Origin: an uncultured Verrucomicrobiae bacterium
GTDB taxonomy: Bacteria > Verrucomicrobiota > Verrucomicrobiia > Chthoniobacterales > UBA10450
Assembly: GCA_963756875.1 (NCBI GenBank)
Contig: CAVWPA010000003.1
Coordinates: forward strand, 224,001 to 288,000
Direction of reading: 5' to 3'
Length of the DNA stretch: 64,000 nucleotides
The position numbers and the translations under genes are program-made. Positions 58,469 through 64,000 of this stretch are shown here, one piece after another. Numbering within the stretch: the stretch's first letter is position 1; every line of letters starts with the position of its first letter. The notes below the pieces were generated by a model, which made no database searches, had not been told where the DNA came from, and saw only the letters and a list, made by a program, of their open reading frames with translations.

Positions 58469-59509
58469 CTACCTTTGCAGGTAAAGCGTGCGGGTGCCGA
58501 AGTCGATGATGCCGTGATGTGAACGCAAGATCTCGGCGCCAAGCAGGCCCGCGACCGGCGGCGATCCTCGCAACAGATCGCTGTGAATCAGACCTTCGAG
58601 ATCGACCACGCCGATTTCCTTGCCCACAATATCGACAGAACCGACCGACAAACGGCGGATTCGAGCGATCTGGATGCCGCGTTGGTCCAGATTTACAGCT
58701 TCAGAGCTGTAACGCGTCTTGTGCAACGGGATCCGCATCCGGCGCACGTAATCGTGATGAAGCAGGGTGGCGAACGCGCCCGTGTCGATCATGAGACGCG
58801 CAGGCGAACCGTTTACGGCGCCGTCCACATACAAATTATAGCCTTCGCTGACGCGAATCCGCATCCTGCGAAAGCCGCGATAACTTACGCCGGGAGTCCT
58901 GCCGCGAGCGCTTGGATCGACCTTTAGAATCAGCATCTGTTTTTTACAGTCCAGGACCGCCCTTGTCGGGAAAAGAACGTCGGCACCGAGAATGCCGTCG
59001 AGCTCCTGCTCGTGCAGCATGTGCGCGGCGTGACTTGAGCTGCTCAGGTCGACCACCACCACCGGTTCATCAATCAGGTCCAGGGCGCCGAGTCGAAAGT
59101 GGTGCGCAATGGCCACATTATTGAACGCGCCATTGATCTGAAGACGCGCGGGGAGCTTCGAGCTGCCTGGAATTCCCGAGAGACGAAAATGCCGACGACG
59201 GTTCAGCGCAACCGCGCTGACTGGCGCGCCGGTATCCACGCCAAGCAACGCCAGCCGGCCGTTGATACTGGCGCGAACGATCAGATGATTCTGGCGGGAG
59301 CGCAGCAACGGAAGCGCCTCGAATTGAGGAGACGAGTCCTCGGATTGCCTTCCGCTGTGGCTCGCGCCGGACAATCCGCTCGCAAAAAGGAGCAGACCGG
59401 CGACCGCGGCCCACAGAGGATTCCGCGTGAAAAGAGTCCGATTCAGGGAGAGCACGCGGCGCAGAATAGCATGGTTTTGGGAACGCGAAAGAATTGATGG
59501 GCCTTTCAT
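58469..59509 (-). CDS. Aspartyl protease with two retropepsin-like domains
   Basis: Two DTGA motifs each followed by GILG/GLLG; TAATG overlap with the upstream gene. Confidence 0.85.
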   Translation of the reverse strand: MKGPSILSRSQNHAILRRVLSLNRTLFTRNPLWAAVAGLLLFASGLSGASHSGRQSEDSSPQFEALPLLRSRQNHLIVRASINGRLALLGVDTGAPVSAVALNRRRHFRLSGIPGSSKLPARLQINGAFNNVAIAHHFRLGALDLIDEPVVVVDLSSSSHAAHMLHEQELDGILGADVLFPTRAVLDCKKQMLILKVDPSARGRTPGVSYRGFRRMRIRVSEGYNLYVDGAVNGSPARLMIDTGAFATLLHHDYVRRMRIPLHKTRYSSEAVNLDQRGIQIARIRRLSVGSVDIVGKEIGVVDLEGLIHSDLLRGSPPVAGLLGAEILRSHHGIIDFGTRTLYLQR

Positions 59510-60828
59510 TAACAGTAACGCGAACCAAAATTGTTCCATTCCATATGCATCTGGGTCGTGGGTACCATCTTCGACGGAAGAGGAGTGTCCGGGTGCCAGT
59601 GCCACAGGACCAGCATCACAAAAAATGCGATGAGGTAAGCGGCCGCAATCCACCAGCCATAACGCACCCACTGAACGACGGAGCGAGCCTCTGGGAACAA
59701 ACTGGAAAGCGCGACGCCCGCTGACGAACCGAACCAAAGCATGGATCCCCCAAATCCCACCGAATACGCGAGAAAACCCCAGTCGTAGCCACCGTGTTTC
59801 AGCGCCAGCGCCGTGAGTGGAATGTTATCGAACACGGCGGACAGGAAACCAAGACCCAGTGTCGTCGGCCAGGAGGCAGCGGGCAATTTCTCCACTGGCA
59901 TCATCGACGCGCACAACACAAGGGAGAGCAGAAAAATCGAACCCCTGAATGCTTGTGGCAGAACCTCCCAGTCGGGCCGGCGCGTTGCCATCGACAAAAA
60001 CAGGGGCAGCCAAACGGCCACCCCGATAAATGGGAAATGGCTGGAGACGGCAGGAAAGATCAAATTGACGGTCACGTTTGTGGCGATGGCGAACGAAAGC
60101 ATCAGCGCCACGATGCCTACCCGGACCCAATCGATATTGGGGTGCTCGCGCGAGTGTTGCAGAATGGGCGAATACTTGTGCTGTCGCTTCGCGGCGGGAA
60201 CTCCAAAAATTAAGAGGGCCACTCCTGCCGCGATAATCGCCTCGAAAACGGCCGAAGGCGACACGCCGGCGATCCACATCATGGTGGTCGTTGTGTCGCC
60301 TACAACGCTCCAGGCTCCCCCAGCGTTCGATGCGGCGACAATGGCGGCAAGAAAACCAATGTGAACTTTGGACCGGAAGAGCTGATGCGCCATCGCGCCG
60401 CCAATCAAAGCGGCGGCGATATTATCAAGAAAACTCGAGAGCACCCAAACCATCACCAGCAAAATGAAGCCGCCCTTCCAATCGTGCGGAAGAAATCGGG
60501 GCAGCACCCCCGGCACGTGGCTCTTCTCGAAATGGCGGGATAACAACGCGAAGCCGAGCAGCAAACAGAACAGGTTGGCCAGGATGACCCATTCGTGCGC
60601 CAAATGAGTTACGAATCCGGCGATGCCTGGCCCGGTTTTGAAACCGGTAAAGAGAATCTTGTAGATCGTAATGCCCGACAGCCCGCTAAGCGCGACCTGC
60701 AGCGTGTGACGGTGAAAAAGCGCGACTCCGAGCAACGTCAGCCCGAATAGAATAAAATCGATCGGAATACCAAACAGTGCGGGCGGGTTCGGCGGCATCC
60801 TGTCGAGAAGAGCAGCAGAGAGCATCAA
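59509..60828 (-). CDS. Ion-transporter superfamily permease (citrate transporter/NhaD-like)
   Basis: SSFLDN, SNAGGAWSVVGD, SAVFDNIP, GSSAGV. Confidence 0.85.
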   Translation of the reverse strand: MMLSAALLDRMPPNPPALFGIPIDFILFGLTLLGVALFHRHTLQVALSGLSGITIYKILFTGFKTGPGIAGFVTHLAHEWVILANLFCLLLGFALLSRHFEKSHVPGVLPRFLPHDWKGGFILLVMVWVLSSFLDNIAAALIGGAMAHQLFRSKVHIGFLAAIVAASNAGGAWSVVGDTTTTMMWIAGVSPSAVFEAIIAAGVALLIFGVPAAKRQHKYSPILQHSREHPNIDWVRVGIVALMLSFAIATNVTVNLIFPAVSSHFPFIGVAVWLPLFLSMATRRPDWEVLPQAFRGSIFLLSLVLCASMMPVEKLPAASWPTTLGLGFLSAVFDNIPLTALALKHGGYDWGFLAYSVGFGGSMLWFGSSAGVALSSLFPEARSVVQWVRYGWWIAAAYLIAFFVMLVLWHWHPDTPLPSKMVPTTQMHMEWNNFGSRYC

Positions 60829-60892
60829 GGTGACGAGACCGAGCGCTTAGTCCACGCGCTGGCGTCTCTTGGGTTGAGAATCGTCCGTCCGG

Positions 60893-61003
60893 TTAAGAGT
60901 CGCCGTCGCGCGGCGAACTCAGGAGACGGCAATAGGCCCAGATCGTCATCCCCCAAACCAAGCCAAGGGATAACAGCATAAAAATCCAACCCCATGTATT
61001 CAT
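60893..61003 (-). CDS. 36-aa single-TM protein, probable small subunit of the NSS transporter
   Basis: MNTWGWIFMLLSLGLVWGMTIWAYCRLLSSPRDGDS; AAGGAG RBS; starts 15 nt after the NSS stop; below the ORF track cutoff. Confidence 0.75.
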   Translation of the reverse strand: MNTWGWIFMLLSLGLVWGMTIWAYCRLLSSPRDGDS

Positions 61004-61018
61004 CAGTTAGCTGCTCCT

Positions 61019-62584
61019 TTAATTGTTCCGTCCATCGATGTCGAGACCAGCTGCGCGCCAACGCCGTTCGCCGACCGCGAGCACCGCGACCAGCAGCAGC
61101 AGCGTGACAGCAATAATAACCGCGGTCCAGAGCGCGATCGGGTTGCCCGCCATGCCCCGCAGCTTTGCGGGAAGCTCAGAATAAGTAAACCCGCCAAGCA
61201 CCACGAGCAGATACACGGGCGCCACCCATTTCATGATGAATACAAATACGCGCGGGATCCTGATCAGCGCGCCCTGATCCAGTTCCGCCATTCCTTTTTG
61301 AGTCCCAAAAATCCAGCCGAAGCAGATGATCTGCACGGTCGCAAGCAGGAAAATACAAAACGTGCCGACCCAAAAATCCATCGTGTCGAGCGCAATCGTG
61401 TTCCTGCTGAACCAGATTACCCAAAACGATCCGGCTCCGCAAATGACAGAGGTCAAGGCGATCGCCTTGCCGTGAGTGATCCCAAGGGCTTCCTCGAAAA
61501 ACGTCTTTACCGGTTGCAGCATCGAAATCGAGCTGGTGATGGCGGCGAGAAAGAGAAGAAAGAACCAGGCGAATCCAATCAATGGCCCCAGCGCGCCCAT
61601 TTGATGAAAAACAACCGGCAAAGTCTGGAAACCAAGCCCAAAAGTGCTGGTCCCGACAATTCCGCTGGCGCCCAGGAAAACAAACGCGGCGGTGATCGTA
61701 ATCAACCCGCCAAAGCCCACTTCAAAGAGTTCGTTCGTGGCGCTTGCCGTGAATCCAGACAAGGCAACGTCGTCTCTCTTCTTCAGATAAGAGGCGTAAT
61801 TCAGAATCACACCGAAGCCGACTGAGAGACTGAAGAAAATCTGTCCCGCCGCTGCGAGCCACGTTTCAAAATCAGTCAGTTTGGAAAAATCGGGGTTCCA
61901 GAGATAGCCCAACCCGGCCAGCACATTTTGACCTGGATGAGTTGGATCGGGAGTGCCGAGCGTTAACACTCGAATCAAGACGACCACTGCCAAAACGGCC
62001 ATGGCCGGAAGAGCGAACTGGCAAAACTTCTCAATGCCGCCTTTCAATCCGCGATAGACGAGGACGATGTTCAACGCGACGACGATCATCCAAAAGACCG
62101 CGCTCATGTTCAAAACGCCGTTTGTGCTCGTCCCCGTCGCGTCGCCAAAAAACGTTGCTGCGGCTTTGACTTGATCTCCGATGCTCCCGGTGAGGTGCAC
62201 GCCGCCGATCAGATATTCCCAGGCATAACGGAGACACCACGCCTCGATGTAAACATAGTACATGTATACGACCATCGGGATAAGGATCGAGAGCACTCCC
62301 AGGTAACGAACGATCCGGCCACCTGCCAAGCCGAGAATCGCCGCGCCGTTGTGAAACCCCTTTGTTCCGCCGTGCCGCGCCATGGCCCACTCCGCCCAGC
62401 CGATCGGCAAGGCGAGAAAAAGCAGGGCGCAGATATACGGAATCATAAATGCGCCACCGCCGTGCGCCACCGCCTGGCCGGGGAAGCGGAGGAAATTTCC
62501 CAGACCGACAGCCGAGCCCGAGACCGCGAGGATCACGCCGACCCGCGTTCCCCACTCCATCTGTTTCTTTTCAGGGCCGTTCAT
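61019..62584 (-). CDS. Sodium-dependent transporter, NSS/SNF family
   Basis: GSAVGLGNFLRFP, GGGAFMIPY, AAGQIFFSLSVG, AAITSSIS. Confidence 0.93.
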   Translation of the reverse strand: MNGPEKKQMEWGTRVGVILAVSGSAVGLGNFLRFPGQAVAHGGGAFMIPYICALLFLALPIGWAEWAMARHGGTKGFHNGAAILGLAGGRIVRYLGVLSILIPMVVYMYYVYIEAWCLRYAWEYLIGGVHLTGSIGDQVKAAATFFGDATGTSTNGVLNMSAVFWMIVVALNIVLVYRGLKGGIEKFCQFALPAMAVLAVVVLIRVLTLGTPDPTHPGQNVLAGLGYLWNPDFSKLTDFETWLAAAGQIFFSLSVGFGVILNYASYLKKRDDVALSGFTASATNELFEVGFGGLITITAAFVFLGASGIVGTSTFGLGFQTLPVVFHQMGALGPLIGFAWFFLLFLAAITSSISMLQPVKTFFEEALGITHGKAIALTSVICGAGSFWVIWFSRNTIALDTMDFWVGTFCIFLLATVQIICFGWIFGTQKGMAELDQGALIRIPRVFVFIMKWVAPVYLLVVLGGFTYSELPAKLRGMAGNPIALWTAVIIAVTLLLLVAVLAVGERRWRAAGLDIDGRNN

Positions 62585-62690
62585 GCGCGATTCGGGGGAG
62601 ATACAGGTCCTCGAAGATTTTTCATGCAACGTTGCTTAACGAAATCGCCCACGGCTTGACAAATAGATTCACCTTGGACGCGGCAAAATC

Positions 62691-63491
62691 TCAGGCGCGA
62701 CGACTTAAGCCGCTCCAGCTGCTTTCTCCAAATCCGCGCGACGGACTGGTCGAGCCGAAGCCGAGAAGCGCTTCCGCCTGTTGGCGCAGCGCGGCCTCGC
62801 TTGCGCGATTCGTGAATGTGCGGCGCGCAGACTCCATCTCATCGAGCGACAAGTTCATGGCGCAAAGAATTTCCCATTCTTCCGGAGTAAGAAGCGCGCG
62901 GTCCGCGTCCGTCAGCGCGCGCTTTTGCAAACGGGCAACGATTGCGGCCAGCGCATCCCCACTGGACGCGCGAAAGAGATCGACGAGCCGCTGAAAGCTG
63001 AGGTGAAATGGAATTGTAGCGAGATCGACATCCAGATTTTCCGAGACGCGATCGGGAGGCATCGTGACCTCATCTGAGGTCGCCACGGAATTCCAGGTAT
63101 TTTCCGGCTGATAATATCCGATCTCGACGCGATACGCGCCCCGCGGCTGTGAAACCTCGAGATAGCAACTGCCGGCCATCGGTTCCGCGGCGGCGCTTGT
63201 CTCTTCGGCGCCATCATTTCGACGAACACGTAGATGTACCTGTCGGTCCACGGGTGCCGTCTTTTCGAAGATCGACGGCCAATCGATATTCCAGTAAGTA
63301 AAGATCGTCCGCGGGTCGCGCGCGAGAGCAAACAAGACCGGCGGCCCATAAACGCGCGGCAATTCGATCACATCATCCAGATCAAATCTCCGGTTACCTT
63401 CGGCGAAACGGACGACCGGCCCCTCGGAAATGCGAAACCCACTTCCCGTGTCGGACGTGGTTGAATGTCCGTTGCCTTCTTGTTTAGCCAT
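62691..63491 (-). CDS. DUF4912-like protein
   Basis: ELPRVYG...[26 protein letters not shown]. Confidence 0.75.
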   Translation of the reverse strand: MAKQEGNGHSTTSDTGSGFRISEGPVVRFAEGNRRFDLDDVIELPRVYGPPVLFALARDPRTIFTYWNIDWPSIFEKTAPVDRQVHLRVRRNDGAEETSAAAEPMAGSCYLEVSQPRGAYRVEIGYYQPENTWNSVATSDEVTMPPDRVSENLDVDLATIPFHLSFQRLVDLFRASSGDALAAIVARLQKRALTDADRALLTPEEWEILCAMNLSLDEMESARRTFTNRASEAALRQQAEALLGFGSTSPSRGFGESSWSGLSRRA

Positions 63492-63608
63492 AGCAAAATC
63501 GCGCGTAACAACTTGGCGCAAATAAGCGAAACGCAAGGGGAATCTTGCGCCGGCTGGGCAAAGATCGACACTTGTTCCGGGCGCGTTAAACTTTGTGATC
63601 AACAAGCC

Positions 63609-64000
63609 ATGAACCGGAAAATTATCCGTTTGGAGGAATTGCCTCAGCGCGCAAAGGAATTGCGAGCCAAAGGGAAAAAACTGGTCGCCACGAATGGATG
63701 CTTCGACCTGCTGCATTTGGGGCACGTGCGTTACTTGCAGGCGGCGCGCGCACTTGGCGACGCTCTGGTGGTCGGGGTGAACGGCGACGAATCAGTCCGG
63801 GAACTCAAGGGGCCCGGACGTCCGCTCAACGGAGAACACGCGCGCGCGGAAGTGCTTGCCGCATTGGAGTGCGTTGATTTGGTCACAATTTTTCCCGAAG
63901 AACGCGCCACACACTTTATCCAGCTGGCGGCGCCCGATGTCTATGCCAAGGGCGGCGATTATACGCCTGCCACTTTGAACGCGGAGGAACGCGCAGTTCT
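63609..64000 (+). CDS. rfaE2: D-glycero-beta-D-manno-heptose 1-phosphate adenylyltransferase (RfaE domain II type), runs off the window end
   Basis: Hand translation from ATG 63609: [34 protein letters not shown]. Confidence 0.88.
   Translation, partial: MNRKIIRLEELPQRAKELRAKGKKLVATNGCFDLLHLGHVRYLQAARALGDALVVGVNGDESVRELKGPGRPLNGEHARAEVLAALECVDLVTIFPEERATHFIQLAAPDVYAKGGDYTPATLNAEERAV

Noticed and set aside
60825..61061. 78-aa minus-strand ORF listed in the track
   Set aside because: Wrong frame; the 36-aa ORF at 60893-61003 has the RBS and a clear TM helix.

Overview
GC-rich bacterial chromosome segment. The gene content and repeat families look like Verrucomicrobiota, probably Chthoniobacterales/Spartobacteria; this is an inference, not a database result. 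Most of the window is housekeeping and envelope genes: an NtrB/NtrC-type sigma-54 two-component pair, glmM, scpB, a LemA-TPM operon, rpoA-rplQ, a DEAD-box helicase, carB, thiG, polX, priA, gdhA, dnaK-groES-groEL, thyA, a tail-specific protease, murU/amgK-like recycling genes, an NSS transporter and a heptose adenylyltransferase. I found no rRNA, tRNA, CRISPR array or transposase. Main points of interest: (1) a dense, layered set of short palindromic repeats (GTAG/GGAG REP-like elements, heptamer and octamer inverted tandem repeats), including a 30-33 bp double-hairpin mini-element that sits in-frame in thyA and apparently in polX, and nested in another repeat; (2) repeats that appear to encode the N-termini of exported proteins and supply several stop codons; (3) a TPR-TPR-ExbB-ExbD-ExbD operon whose TonB-like (SxxxH anchor) partner ends in a PA14-like domain; (4) a split or truncated ArgZ/AgrE-like arginine catabolic locus; (5) a small accessory region between gdhA and groEL with a toxin-antitoxin pair and a deletion scar joining a helicase fragment to a membrane-protein fragment; (6) a 36-aa membrane protein below the ORF track cutoff.
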